This document shows positions 26,210 through 36,753 of a DNA stretch of 64,000 nucleotides, piece by piece. The position numbers and the translations under genes are program-made. The stretch's first letter is position 1, and each line of letters begins with the position of its first letter. The stretch is from Escherichia phage VEc33: the sequence record NC_048818.1. One strand, 5' to 3'. The notes beneath the pieces are model-generated. The model was not told the origin of the DNA. It did no database searches and saw only the letters and a program-made list of their open reading frames with translations.

Positions 26210-28777
26210 TTGAAAATCGCAGTAGTTGATAAAGCCCTAAATAACACTCGTTATGATAAACATTTCCAGCTATATGGCGAGGAAGTTGATGTATTCCATA
26301 TGTGTAACGAGAAGTTGTCCGGTCGTTTGCTCAAAAAGCATATTACTATCGGGACTCCGGAAAACCCATTTGACCCGAATGATTATGATTTTGTTATACT
26401 GGTAGGTGCCGAACCTTTTCTGTACTTTGCAGGTAAGAAAGGTATTGGTGATTATACCGGTAAACGTGTAGAGTATAATGGATATGCTAACTGGATTGCG
26501 AGTATCAGCCCAGCCCAGCTACACTTTAAACCTGAAATGAAACCAGTTTTTGATGCAACAGTAGAGAATATCCACGATATTATCAATGGTCGTGAGAAGA
26601 TTGCAAAAGCTGGTGATTACCGTCCTATTACTGACCCTGACGAGGCGGAAGAATATATCAAGATGGTGTATAATATGGTTATCGGACCTGTCGCATTCGA
26701 CTCCGAAACCTCAGCACTATACTGTCGAGATGGTTATCTGCTTGGTGTTTCTATATCTCACCAAGAGTATCAGGGTGTGTATATTGATTCTGATTGTCTC
26801 ACAGAGGTTGCAGTATATTATCTCCAGAAAATTCTGGATAGTGAAAACCACACTATTGTTTTTCACAACTTGAAGTTTGATATGCACTTTTATAAGTACC
26901 ATCTGGGACTTACCTTTGATAAAGCACATAAAGAACGCAGGCTCCATGATACCATGTTGCAGCATTATGTTCTAGATGAGCGTCGTGGTACTCATGGCTT
27001 GAAATCTCTAGCAATGAAGTACACCGATATGGGTGACTATGACTTTGAACTAGATAAGTTCAAGGATGATTACTGCAAAGCACATAAAATCAAGAAAGAA
27101 GATTTCACCTATGATTTAATTCCGTTTGATATTATGTGGCCTTACGCTGCAAAAGATACCGATGCAACCATACGTTTGCACAACTTCTTCTTACCAAAAA
27201 TTGAGAAGAATGAAAAACTTTGCAGTCTATACTACGATGTTTTGATGCCTGGTTGTGTGTTCCTGCAACGTGTTGAAGATCGTGGTGTACCAATTTCTAT
27301 TGATCGCTTGAAAGAAGCACAGTACCAGTTAACCCATAACCTGAATAAGGCTCGTGAGAAACTGTATACTTATCCAGAAGTCGTTCAGCTAGAAAAAGAC
27401 CAGAACGAGGCGTTTAACCCAAACTCTGTTAAGCAGCTGCGTGTTCTTCTGTTTGATTATGTTGGCTTAACTCCAACAGGTAAATTGACAGATACGGGAG
27501 CGGACTCTACAGATGCAGAAGCTCTGAACGAACTGTCTACGCAGCATCCAATTGCTAAAACTCTGCTAGAGATTCGTAAGCTGACTAAGCTGATCTCTAC
27601 TTACGTTGAGAAGATTCTTCTGAGCATTGATGCTGATGGTTGCATTCGTACTGGCTTCCACGAACACATGACTACTTCTGGTCGTCTGAGTTCTTCTGGT
27701 AAACTGAACCTTCAACAGTTACCGCGTGATGAATCTATTATCAAGGGTTGTGTAGTAGCTCCTCCCGGGTATCGTGTAATCGCGTGGGACTTAACAACTG
27801 CGGAAGTTTATTATGCTGCTGTTCTATCTGGTGATAGAAATATGCAACAAGTATTTATCAACATGAGAAATGAACCTGATAAATACCCTGACTTCCACTC
27901 TAACATCGCACACATGGTATTTAAGCTCCAATGCGAACCTCGTGATGTTAAAAAGTTATTCCCAGCTCTGCGTCAAGCAGCTAAAGCAATTACCTTTGGT
28001 ATTTTGTACGGTTCTGGCCCAGCTAAAGTAGCTCATTCTGTTAACGAAGCTCTTCTGGAGCAGGCTACTAAGACAGGCGAACCGTTTGTAGAGTGTACTG
28101 TTGCAGATGCTAAAGAGTACATTGAAACTTACTTCGGTCAGTTCCCACAGCTTAAGCGTTGGATTGATAAGTGCCACGATCAGATCAAGAATCATGGATT
28201 TATCTACAGTCACTTTGGTCGTAAACGTCGTCTACATAATATCCACTCCGAAGATCGTGGTGTTCAGGGTGAAGAAATCCGTTCTGGATTTAACGCAATC
28301 ATTCAGTCTGCTTCTTCTGATAGTCTCCTTTTAGGTGCTGTAGATGCAGATAATGAGATCATTTCTCTTGGCCTAGAACAAGAGATGAAGATTGTTATGC
28401 TGGTTCATGACTCCGTAGTTGCTATTGTTCGTGAAGACTTGATCGACCAATACAATGAAATCCTGATTCGTAATATTCAGAAAGACCGTGGTATCAGTAT
28501 TCCTGGTTGTCCGATTGGTATTGATTCTGATTCTGAAGCTGGAGGTTCTCGTGACTACTCTTGTGGTAAGATGAAGAAGCAGCATCCATCAATCGCTTGT
28601 ATTGATGATGATGAATATACTCGTTATGTCAAAGGTGTGTTACTTGACGCAGATTTCGAGTATAAGAAACTAGCTGCAATGGATAAAGAGCATCCAGATC
28701 ATAGCAAATACAAGGATGATAAGTTTATTGCTGTATGTAAAGATTTGGATAACGTGAGAAGGATTCTCGGTGCTTGA
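26210..28777 (+). CDS. DNA polymerase, family A, with 3'-5' exonuclease domain
   Basis: Exo I motif VAFDSETSALY, motif B-like RQAAKAITFGILYGSG, LVHDS; 855 aa. Apparent TTG start with AGAGGAGA SD. Confidence 0.93.
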   Translation: MKIAVVDKALNNTRYDKHFQLYGEEVDVFHMCNEKLSGRLLKKHITIGTPENPFDPNDYDFVILVGAEPFLYFAGKKGIGDYTGKRVEYNGYANWIASISPAQLHFKPEMKPVFDATVENIHDIINGREKIAKAGDYRPITDPDEAEEYIKMVYNMVIGPVAFDSETSALYCRDGYLLGVSISHQEYQGVYIDSDCLTEVAVYYLQKILDSENHTIVFHNLKFDMHFYKYHLGLTFDKAHKERRLHDTMLQHYVLDERRGTHGLKSLAMKYTDMGDYDFELDKFKDDYCKAHKIKKEDFTYDLIPFDIMWPYAAKDTDATIRLHNFFLPKIEKNEKLCSLYYDVLMPGCVFLQRVEDRGVPISIDRLKEAQYQLTHNLNKAREKLYTYPEVVQLEKDQNEAFNPNSVKQLRVLLFDYVGLTPTGKLTDTGADSTDAEALNELSTQHPIAKTLLEIRKLTKLISTYVEKILLSIDADGCIRTGFHEHMTTSGRLSSSGKLNLQQLPRDESIIKGCVVAPPGYRVIAWDLTTAEVYYAAVLSGDRNMQQVFINMRNEPDKYPDFHSNIAHMVFKLQCEPRDVKKLFPALRQAAKAITFGILYGSGPAKVAHSVNEALLEQATKTGEPFVECTVADAKEYIETYFGQFPQLKRWIDKCHDQIKNHGFIYSHFGRKRRLHNIHSEDRGVQGEEIRSGFNAIIQSASSDSLLLGAVDADNEIISLGLEQEMKIVMLVHDSVVAIVREDLIDQYNEILIRNIQKDRGISIPGCPIGIDSDSEAGGSRDYSCGKMKKQHPSIACIDDDEYTRYVKGVLLDADFEYKKLAAMDKEHPDHSKYKDDKFIAVCKDLDNVRRILGA

Positions 28778-29267
28778 TTTCAAATTGCCCGTATATGCTT
28801 TACGGGCGTTTGTATCAATTGAGCAAGAAGGTGATTATTCCGTAATTACAACAAGGTATAATAAATATGTGCTAGATAACAGGAAGTTGCCTGGCACTTT
28901 TTCTCAACGTAGGCTTATTCTATTTGAGAAACGGAAAGAATTACCATACAAGCTCTATCCTATTAGGGGTAGAATATCAATGTTGTCTCAATTAGTTGGG
29001 TCAAAGCGTAACCAATTTATAGATTCTGATGGAAATCTTATTAATTGGAAGAAAACTACGTTCTATGATGTTGTCACCTCTAAAGTTTTGCATTCAGCTA
29101 GAATTTATAATGGAAAATACCAATGCTATGTGGCTAAAGTCCCTTATCCATTTGTATTATCCTATGTTCCAGCATATATAAGCTATATTCTGGTAAATAA
29201 TAGCCCTGTTATTTACCAAGTCCATCAAGAGGAGCCTGAAATTCCTAGACTTAGAATAAAATTATGA
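28770..29267 (+). CDS. Hypothetical protein (165 aa)
   Basis: ORF track; apparent GTG start overlapping the polymerase stop; start uncertain. Confidence 0.45.
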   Translation: MLDFKLPVYALRAFVSIEQEGDYSVITTRYNKYVLDNRKLPGTFSQRRLILFEKRKELPYKLYPIRGRISMLSQLVGSKRNQFIDSDGNLINWKKTTFYDVVTSKVLHSARIYNGKYQCYVAKVPYPFVLSYVPAYISYILVNNSPVIYQVHQEEPEIPRLRIKL

Positions 29268-30616
29268 AGGTTGTTATATCTAATAAAGCCTATTTCAAGC
29301 CCGATGATGAACTTTGGGATTATTGTAGTAAGCAAACCACTTATCACATAGAGACAATGACTAGTAAATACCCTATTATGTATAAGAATAGTGGTGTTGT
29401 TGCCAAAGAGATTAAGTGGATTCCTATTACGCGTCTGGACTTACTGGATGCCAAAGGAGTAAAATACGAATTAGTCGATAAACGCACATTAGCACCGGTA
29501 GATATACCAAAACCGTCGTTTAAACTGCGTGAAGAAGATCAGCTTCCAATATACGAAGAATGCGATGATACCTGTATTATTAATGGTAAGCCTGGATTTG
29601 GTAAAACTATCCTAGCTCTTGCACTTGCGTATAAATTTGGCCAGAAAACTTTGGTAATCTGTACGAATACATCCATCCGTGAAATGTGGGCGGCAGAAGT
29701 TCGTAAATGGTTTGGGTTTGAACCAGGTATCATAGGTTCTGGAAAGTACAATATTGATCCACCAATTGTAGTCAGTAATATTCAAACAGTGAATAAACAT
29801 GCGAATAATCTTTCTAAAGTATTCGGTACTGTTATAGTTGATGAAGTTCACCATTGTGTGGCTACAACTTTCACTAATTTCCTAGAAATATCATGTGCTC
29901 GCTATAAAATTGGACTATCCGGTACACTAAAACGAAAAGATGGTCTACAAGTTATGTTCAAAGACTTCTTTGGATATAAGATCTTTAGCCCACCGGTTAA
30001 TAATACTGTTGCACCTACAATCCATAGGTACTCCGTGCCTGTTGAGCTATCAGGAAACCAAAACGTACCGTGGGCATTACGTGCTAACGATGTGTATAAC
30101 CATCCTGAATATCGAGAGACTATTATAAACCTAGCACATTTATATGTGAATATGGGGCATAAAGTACTCATTGTAAGTGATAGAACAGAGTTAATCCAAA
30201 CAGTACTAGAAGCTCTTGCACAGCGTGGTGTTACAACATATGAAATTATAGGGGCGACCCACTTAGATGACCGATTAAAAATTCAGGAAGATATAGCAAA
30301 AGGTGGACCTTGTGTACTTGCAGCAGCTCAAAGTATATTCTCTGAAGGTATTTCTCTTAATGAGTTGTCTTGTTTAATAATGGGAAGCCTCATTAATAAT
30401 GAATCTCTCATTGAACAGCTTGCAGGACGTGTTCAACGTATTGTCGATGGTAAACTCGATCCTATTGTTGTAGATCTAATTATGAAAGGTGGCACTGGAC
30501 TAAGACAGGCTTCTGGACGTATGGCAGTATATCGTAACAATGGGTGGAAAACTATTACCATGACTCCGGAGAAAGCAGTTCAATTAGCTAAAATTGCATT
30601 TGGCAACAGCTCATAA
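29264..30616 (+). CDS. Superfamily 2 DNA helicase (T5 D10-like)
   Basis: Walker A GKPGFGKT, DEVH box VIVDEVHH, C-terminal helicase motifs; 450 aa. Confidence 0.85.
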   Translation: MKVVISNKAYFKPDDELWDYCSKQTTYHIETMTSKYPIMYKNSGVVAKEIKWIPITRLDLLDAKGVKYELVDKRTLAPVDIPKPSFKLREEDQLPIYEECDDTCIINGKPGFGKTILALALAYKFGQKTLVICTNTSIREMWAAEVRKWFGFEPGIIGSGKYNIDPPIVVSNIQTVNKHANNLSKVFGTVIVDEVHHCVATTFTNFLEISCARYKIGLSGTLKRKDGLQVMFKDFFGYKIFSPPVNNTVAPTIHRYSVPVELSGNQNVPWALRANDVYNHPEYRETIINLAHLYVNMGHKVLIVSDRTELIQTVLEALAQRGVTTYEIIGATHLDDRLKIQEDIAKGGPCVLAAAQSIFSEGISLNELSCLIMGSLINNESLIEQLAGRVQRIVDGKLDPIVVDLIMKGGTGLRQASGRMAVYRNNGWKTITMTPEKAVQLAKIAFGNSS

Positions 30617-30628
30617 ATGATGTATAAT
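30600..30628 (+). promoter_or_regulatory. Sigma70-type promoter (TTGGCA, 17 bp, TATAAT), first of a tandem pair
   Basis: TTGGCA 30600-30605, TATAAT 30623-30628, downstream ATATACATAAATTTGAGAGAG. Confidence 0.6.
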
Positions 30629-30699
30629 ATATACATAAATTTGAGAGAGAAAGTTTCGGATTGATAAGGAAGTCCGAAGCAGAAAAATAAAAATTTTAG

Positions 30700-30729
30700 T
30701 TGCTAAATTCTCTCGAAATCTAGTATAAT
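30700..30729 (+). promoter_or_regulatory. Sigma70-type promoter (TTGCTA, 18 bp, TATAAT), second of a tandem pair
   Basis: TTGCTA 30700-30705, TATAAT 30724-30729, downstream ATATACATAAATTCGAGGAG. Confidence 0.6.
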
Positions 30730-30836
30730 ATATACATAAATTCGAGGAGAAAACAAAAATTAAATTCTTCGATTATGAAAAGCTATACTTACTAGCTAGA
30801 GGAAATTCCGACCTAATTATTAAGCTATTCAAAAGA

Positions 30837-31121
30837 ATGATTGCAGAGCCTGATGCTCACCAATTATTGGTCGGTTCCTCATTCATTTTGAATGAATCAA
30901 CAATAGTTGATAATCCAAATAAATTGTCTAATAGACAACTGGCAGAATATCTAGGAATTTTAAGTCTACGAAATTATGCCGAATACAAGTTTACAAACGA
31001 TCCTAGTTTGGACATACAATATGTTCCAGTATGGATACCACGTTTAGTAATCGACACTAACCCACTAATCGCAATTAACAAATCGAAATTAATCTTTAAA
31101 GAGGAAATAAAATATGGCTAA
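30837..31121 (+). CDS. Hypothetical protein (94 aa)
   Basis: ORF track; weak SD. Confidence 0.4.
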   Translation: MIAEPDAHQLLVGSSFILNESTIVDNPNKLSNRQLAEYLGILSLRNYAEYKFTNDPSLDIQYVPVWIPRLVIDTNPLIAINKSKLIFKEEIKYG

Positions 31122-31887
31122 GTCTTGGGGCGAAACTACTGGCGGTTCTAACGATAAAATCGAATTCCTGAAGTTCAACAACGGTATCACTCGTGTTCGT
31201 ATCGTTTCTGGTGTTCTTCCACGTTATGTCTATTGGCTGACTAATAAAGAGGGTAGCGTAGCTCCTTTCGAATGTCTTCGTTTCAACCGTGACAAAGAGA
31301 GCTTTGTTCGTGGTAAAGCTGATCCGGTTCATGAGATGGGCTTCTTTGAGAAAGAGCTGGATAAAGATGGTAATCGCGTTCCGCTGAAACCGAAGAAAAA
31401 CTATATCGCTTTTGTTATCGACCGTTCTGATAACAAACTGAAAGTAATGGAAGTCAAAGCTACTATTCTGAAAGGCATCCAATCTATTATGAAGCAGTTG
31501 AATCTGGCAACTCCATTTGATATTGATATTTCTATCGAGAAAAAAGGCAAAGGTTTCGATACTGAGTATGATGTACAGCAGATTGCTGCTATGCAGTTCC
31601 AGATTAAGCTGCAAGATCCTAACAGTGCAGAATCTAAGCAATATGCTGCGGATGTAGATCTGATTGGTGAAGCTATGTGTGATGAAGATGGCGACATCAT
31701 TAAGTTCGAAAAAGTTCCTTCTCTGGAACAAACCTATCCGGTTCCTACCTATGAAGAGCAGAAAGAAGCAATTCTAGCCTTCATGGAAGGTCGTGAGAAT
31801 AAAGATGATGATGCCAAATCTGGTAATAGCAATGCAGGTTCCCAGAAAGGTATTGACTCAGAAGCTGCAAGCGATCTGGACGACTAA
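31114..31887 (+). CDS. Hypothetical protein with strongly acidic C-terminal tail (T5 D11-like by position)
   Basis: 257 aa; C-terminus NKDDDAKSGNSNAGSQKGIDSEAASDLDD; GC-rich codon choice; SD AAAGAGGAAATAAAAT. Confidence 0.5.
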   Translation: MAKSWGETTGGSNDKIEFLKFNNGITRVRIVSGVLPRYVYWLTNKEGSVAPFECLRFNRDKESFVRGKADPVHEMGFFEKELDKDGNRVPLKPKKNYIAFVIDRSDNKLKVMEVKATILKGIQSIMKQLNLATPFDIDISIEKKGKGFDTEYDVQQIAAMQFQIKLQDPNSAESKQYAADVDLIGEAMCDEDGDIIKFEKVPSLEQTYPVPTYEEQKEAILAFMEGRENKDDDAKSGNSNAGSQKGIDSEAASDLDD

Positions 31888-31893
31888 TAAATA

Positions 31894-31918
31894 GAGGGGC
31901 TTCGGCCCCTTTCTTTTT
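31894..31918 (+). terminator. Rho-independent terminator
   Basis: AGGGGC-TTCG-GCCCCT then TTCTTTTT. Confidence 0.75.
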
Positions 31919-31923
31919 AACCA

Positions 31924-32901
31924 ATGAGAATATTATTTAGTGCTGATCATCATATCAAACTAGGACAAGATAAAGTTCCAAAGGAATGGCAGAAGCGTCG
32001 TTTCCTGATGCTAGGAGAACGGTTAAATGATATATTCCATAATCATAACTGTGATCTTCATATTGCTGGTGGTGATATTCTTGATGTTGCCGACCCGTCG
32101 TCAGAAGAAATAGAACTGCTTGAACAGTTCATGTCAAGACTTGACCACCCAGGTAAAATCTTTACTGGAAATCATGAAATGTTAACTAAAACGATTTCAT
32201 GTCTATATCATTATGCAGGAGTTATTAATAAGGTAACGAGTGGTAAGTGGGAAGTAATTACCAAACCATATCGTTCCCCTGAATTTGATATTGTTCCGTA
32301 TGATGAGATCCATAAATCCAAATGGAAACCGTCTGAATCAAAACTATGTTTCACGCATGTTCGTGGTGAAATCCCTCCACATGTAAAACCAGAAATTGAT
32401 CTAACTAAGTATAACTGTTATGATACTGTAATTGCTGGCGATTTACATTCTTATACTAATAGCCAGACTATCGGATCTACTAGACTTCTCTACCCAGGGT
32501 CTCCATTAACTACATCGTTCCATAGAGAACGCACAAAAGGTACAAATGGTTGCTTTATCGTTGATACCGACACATTAAAAGTAGAATGGATTGAACTAGG
32601 TGATTTACCACAACTGATTCGTAAAACAATCGGAGCCGGTGAAGAGATGGAACCTAGTGATTATGATCGTGTAGTCTATGAAGTTACTGGTGACGTTGTT
32701 CAATTAAAGTCTATCAAAGACTCTGATTTATTAGATAAGAAGATTAACCATCGAGTTACTAAAGACGCTAAGTTAAATCTTGTTGATCTTGATATGTTAG
32801 GTGAACTTGAACTTTACTTCCGTGAAGTCGAGAAGCTATCTCAAGGCGACATTGATAGAATCTTGGCTAGAGCTGCGAAATATGTCAAAGATTACAATTA
32901 A
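31924..32901 (+). CDS. SbcD/Mre11-like nuclease (T5 D12-like)
   Basis: Calcineurin-like phosphoesterase motifs ADHH, GGDILD, GNHE. Confidence 0.85.
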   Translation: MRILFSADHHIKLGQDKVPKEWQKRRFLMLGERLNDIFHNHNCDLHIAGGDILDVADPSSEEIELLEQFMSRLDHPGKIFTGNHEMLTKTISCLYHYAGVINKVTSGKWEVITKPYRSPEFDIVPYDEIHKSKWKPSESKLCFTHVRGEIPPHVKPEIDLTKYNCYDTVIAGDLHSYTNSQTIGSTRLLYPGSPLTTSFHRERTKGTNGCFIVDTDTLKVEWIELGDLPQLIRKTIGAGEEMEPSDYDRVVYEVTGDVVQLKSIKDSDLLDKKINHRVTKDAKLNLVDLDMLGELELYFREVEKLSQGDIDRILARAAKYVKDYN

Positions 32902-34720
32902 GACACTAAAATTTAGTAACGTTATGTCTTACGGTAAGGACATCGTAATTCATTTCGATAAGAATCCAGTTACTCAACTAATTGGTGGCAATGGGCTAGG
33001 GAAATCCACCATCGCTACGGTTATCGAGGAATTGTTTTATAACAAGAACTCACGTGGTATTAAGAAGGATGCTCTGTTCTCCTGGTCTACTCCGAAAAAA
33101 GAGTATGATATGCACGCTTACTTCTCAAAAGATGAAGATGAGTATGAATTGCATAAAGTAGTTAAATCCACTGCTAAAGTAACCCTTATTAAGAATGGAG
33201 AGGATATTAGTGGACACACGGCAACCCAAACATACAAGATGATTGAAGAGATTATGGGTGGTGACTTCCAAACATTCACCAAACTGATCTATCAATCGGT
33301 GGGTTCCAATCTAGATTTTCTAAAGGCAACGGATGCAACACGTAAGGCTTTTCTTGTTAACTTGTTCAATCAAGAACAGTACAAAGAAATGTCAGAAACT
33401 ATTAAGGCTGATCGTAAAGAAATAGCAAATACCTTAAATAATTTGCAGGGCCAAATGGCTGTAATTACGAAAATTCTTAATGGAAAGAATAATCTGGGAA
33501 CTTTGCAGGAACCTGTAGAAGTACCGGAGTTTGATGAAGAGCCATTAGCACAAGAACTTACTGAATCGAAAATTAAGGCGGCATTAGCCAAGTCTCAAGA
33601 GGCTAATATTACTAAATTGCGTAATTTGGACAAAGCTGTACAAGTTGCCGAACAATCTTTCGAACCTTTCAAAAATTTACCCGCGCCCACCGACCAAAAT
33701 GAAGAGATCTCGAGTGTTACGCGTGACCTAACGATTGTGACCTCACGTGCGGGCGAAGTTAAGAAACGTTATCAGAAGTTCAAGCAAGAGGCTTCAAATA
33801 CTGAATGTCCTACTTGTGGTACTCATCTGGATACAACTGCTGCTCAAAAAGCAATGGATATGGCTAGAGTAGAATATGATCCTCTGTTCAAAGAGAAGCA
33901 ATCTCTTGAAGCTAAGCTAGAACAGTTGAAGAAAGAACAACTTGAGTACGTTGCGTATACTAGAGCAAAGGATGCTTTGGATAAAGCAGTGGTAGCTAGA
34001 GACGAGTTCAAAAATTCAATGAGTGATGCTTCTTTTGAAGAACTCAATGTGCAAATCCTACAGGTGCAAATCCGACAATTAGAACAGGAAATCGCTGATG
34101 GCCGTTCTAAGGTTGCAATTGCCAAAGAGCATAATGCAAATGTCGAATTAGCCAATGCAAAATATAAAGCAAAGCTAGAACAGATTGAGAAAGCAGAAGC
34201 AGAAATGACTGAGATTACTTCCAAACTGGATGGAGTATCAGAAGCTGTTGCTGATCTCGATATTCTAATTGCTGCATTGAAAAATCTGGTTGGATATAAA
34301 CTAGAGCATAGTGTGAAAGTATTTGAAGAGCTAATTAATAAATATCTTTCTATTATGACTGGTGGTAAATTCGCACTTGGATTTGAACTAGATGAAACTA
34401 AATTACAAGTAGTAATCTTCAATGATGGAAACCGTACCAGTATGGAAAACTGCTCTACTGGTCAGCAAAGTCGAATTAATCTAGCAACCCTGTTAGCTAT
34501 TCGGATGCTGTTAACATCTATTAGTAAAGTTAATATTAATCTTCTATTCCTTGATGAAGTAATTAGCTTTATTGATACGAAGGGACTTGATACTCTCGTT
34601 GAGCTATTAAATGAGGAAGAAAGTCTAAATTCTATCATTGTTTCTCATGGGCATACGCATCCATTAGCTCATAAGATTACTGTCAAAAAAGATGCAGAAG
34701 GATTTTCCTACTTAGAATAA
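32882..34720 (+). CDS. SbcC/Rad50-like ATPase with coiled coil (T5 D13-like)
   Basis: N-terminal Walker A GGNGLGKST, long coiled-coil middle, C-terminal LFLDEVISFID (Walker B/D-loop); start at 32882 is tentative. Confidence 0.82.
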   Translation: MSKITIKTLKFSNVMSYGKDIVIHFDKNPVTQLIGGNGLGKSTIATVIEELFYNKNSRGIKKDALFSWSTPKKEYDMHAYFSKDEDEYELHKVVKSTAKVTLIKNGEDISGHTATQTYKMIEEIMGGDFQTFTKLIYQSVGSNLDFLKATDATRKAFLVNLFNQEQYKEMSETIKADRKEIANTLNNLQGQMAVITKILNGKNNLGTLQEPVEVPEFDEEPLAQELTESKIKAALAKSQEANITKLRNLDKAVQVAEQSFEPFKNLPAPTDQNEEISSVTRDLTIVTSRAGEVKKRYQKFKQEASNTECPTCGTHLDTTAAQKAMDMARVEYDPLFKEKQSLEAKLEQLKKEQLEYVAYTRAKDALDKAVVARDEFKNSMSDASFEELNVQILQVQIRQLEQEIADGRSKVAIAKEHNANVELANAKYKAKLEQIEKAEAEMTEITSKLDGVSEAVADLDILIAALKNLVGYKLEHSVKVFEELINKYLSIMTGGKFALGFELDETKLQVVIFNDGNRTSMENCSTGQQSRINLATLLAIRMLLTSISKVNINLLFLDEVISFIDTKGLDTLVELLNEEESLNSIIVSHGHTHPLAHKITVKKDAEGFSYLE

Positions 34721-34723
34721 AAC

Positions 34724-35206
34724 ATGGCTGTAGATAGTAGAGAGAAAGGTAAACGTGGTGAATATCAGGTAAGAGATATTCTACGTGAGCGTACAGGTCT
34801 TGAGTGGGAACGTGTTCCAGGCTCTGGTGCTTTTGGCCAGAGTCATGGACTAAAGGGTGATATCTACCTTCCCCCACAAAGTGGACATATTAGTAAATAC
34901 TGCTTCGAAGTTAAGTGGTATAAAGATGATAATATTTCAAGCAATTTATTTAATGTTGGTGAATCCACTCTAGAGAAATGGTGGCAGCAATGCTCGCGTG
35001 AAGGTGAGCAAATGAACTCTAAACCAGCATTAATATTCAAAAAAGACAGAGGACAGTGGCTAATTGCTTTAGATAGTTCTGACCCAATGGTGGATAACCT
35101 AATGAGTCGTACACATATGGTGTTAAATAAGAAAGATATGGAAATTGTAATAGGGTTGTTTGAGCCGTGGCTACATCATGCATCTGTTGAGGACTTAATT
35201 AAATAA
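34724..35206 (+). CDS. Putative nuclease-fold protein (T5 D14-like by position)
   Basis: 160 aa; possible PD-(D/E)xK-like pattern GDIYLP...FEVKW; weak. Confidence 0.45.
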   Translation: MAVDSREKGKRGEYQVRDILRERTGLEWERVPGSGAFGQSHGLKGDIYLPPQSGHISKYCFEVKWYKDDNISSNLFNVGESTLEKWWQQCSREGEQMNSKPALIFKKDRGQWLIALDSSDPMVDNLMSRTHMVLNKKDMEIVIGLFEPWLHHASVEDLIK

Positions 35207-36081
35207 TGAGCAAATCCTGGGGAAAATTTATTGAAGAGGAAGAGGCTGAAATGGCCTCTCGTCGTAATCTAATGATCGTTGACGGAACTAACTTAGGTTT
35301 TCGATTCAAACATAATAATAGTAAGAAACCCTTTGCCTCAAGTTATGTTTCAACTATTCAATCTCTGGCAAAATCCTACTCCGCAAGAACTACGATTGTT
35401 TTAGGCGATAAAGGTAAATCTGTATTTCGTCTAGAACATCTACCAGAGTATAAAGGTAATCGTGATGAAAAATACTCACAACGTACAGAGGAAGAGAAAG
35501 CACTGGATGGACAGTTCTTTGAGTACCTGCGTGATGCTTTCGAGTTGTGTGAAACTACATTCCCAACTTTCACTATTCGTGGTGTAGAAGCAGATGATAT
35601 GGCGGCTTATATTGTTAAACTCATTGGGCATCTATATGATCATGTTTGGTTAATCTCTACAGATGGTGACTGGGATACTTTATTAACAGATAAAGTTTCT
35701 CGTTTTTCTTTCACAACACGTCGTGAATACCATCTTCGTGATATGTATGAGCATCATAATGTTGACGATGTAGAGCAGTTTATCTCTCTAAAAGCAATTA
35801 TGGGTGATTTAGGGGATAATATCCGTGGTGTTGAAGGTATTGGGGCAAAACGCGGGTATAACATTATTCGTGAATTCGGTAACGTTCTGGATATTATTGA
35901 TCAGCTTCCACTACCTGGAAAACAGAAATATATACAGAATTTAAATGCTTCGGAAGAATTGCTTTACCGAAACCTAATTCTGGTTGATTTACCTACCTAC
36001 TGTGTAGACGCTATTGCTGCGGTAGGTCAAGACGTATTAGATAAGTTTACAAAAGATATTTTGGAGATTGCAGAACAATGA
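35206..36081 (+). CDS. Flap endonuclease / 5'-3' exonuclease (T5 D15 type)
   Basis: 291 aa; N-terminal NLMIVDGTNLGFRF, FEN-family acidic clusters (ISTDGDWDTLL, GDLGDNIRGVEGIGAKRG). Confidence 0.93.
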   Translation: MSKSWGKFIEEEEAEMASRRNLMIVDGTNLGFRFKHNNSKKPFASSYVSTIQSLAKSYSARTTIVLGDKGKSVFRLEHLPEYKGNRDEKYSQRTEEEKALDGQFFEYLRDAFELCETTFPTFTIRGVEADDMAAYIVKLIGHLYDHVWLISTDGDWDTLLTDKVSRFSFTTRREYHLRDMYEHHNVDDVEQFISLKAIMGDLGDNIRGVEGIGAKRGYNIIREFGNVLDIIDQLPLPGKQKYIQNLNASEELLYRNLILVDLPTYCVDAIAAVGQDVLDKFTKDILEIAEQ

Positions 36082-36524
36082 TTAAAATTAAATTAACTCA
36101 TCCAGATTGTATGCCTAAGATTGGTTCCGAAGATGCCGCAGGTATGGATCTACGAGCATTCTTTGGTACTAATCCTGCCGCAGACTTACGCGCTATTGCA
36201 CCAGGCAAATCCCTAATGATTGACACCGGTGTCGCGGTAGAAATTCCGCGAGGTTGGTTTGGTTTGGTGGTTCCTCGTAGTTCTTTAGGAAAGCGTCATC
36301 TGATGATTGCAAACACCGCAGGAGTGATCGACTCAGATTATCGTGGCACTATTAAGATGAACCTCTATAATTACGGTTCTGAAATGCAAACTCTGGAGAA
36401 TTTCGAGAGACTTTGTCAACTAGTGGTACTCCCACATTATTCAACCCATAACTTTAAAATCGTTGACGAACTAGAGGAGACTATTCGTGGAGAAGGTGGA
36501 TTTGGAAGCTCAGGAAGCAAGTAA
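36078..36524 (+). CDS. dut: dUTPase
   Basis: Motifs AGMDLRA, PRSSL, GVIDSDYRG, RGEGGFGSSG. Confidence 0.93.
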   Translation: MIKIKLTHPDCMPKIGSEDAAGMDLRAFFGTNPAADLRAIAPGKSLMIDTGVAVEIPRGWFGLVVPRSSLGKRHLMIANTAGVIDSDYRGTIKMNLYNYGSEMQTLENFERLCQLVVLPHYSTHNFKIVDELEETIRGEGGFGSSGSK

Positions 36525-36744
36525 TTTTGTTCATCATAATATGGTAGGTATTGATACTAATATGTCAACTTATCAGATTAAAACTACTGAACCAGAAAAG
36601 ATTGTATTAAAAATAGATAAAGAAGGTAACGTTATTTTCTGGGATCCTGAAGGTTTTGTAGAGCTTTGTACTAATACAGATAATGAGCAGTTAAAATTAC
36701 TATTAATTATTTATAATCTTGGTATTATAGAAGGCAGTAAATAA
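36487..36744 (+). CDS. Hypothetical small protein (about 68-85 aa)
   Basis: ORF track; start uncertain (GTG 36487 or ATG 36541). Confidence 0.4.
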   Translation: MEKVDLEAQEASNFVHHNMVGIDTNMSTYQIKTTEPEKIVLKIDKEGNVIFWDPEGFVELCTNTDNEQLKLLLIIYNLGIIEGSK

Positions 36745-36753
36745 ATAGTAAAA

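Noticed and set aside
33370-34422. Minus-strand ORFs (73 and 192 aa) inside the SbcC-like gene
   Set aside because: Antisense to a coiled-coil coding region; Ser/Cys/Ala-rich low-complexity; no translation signals.
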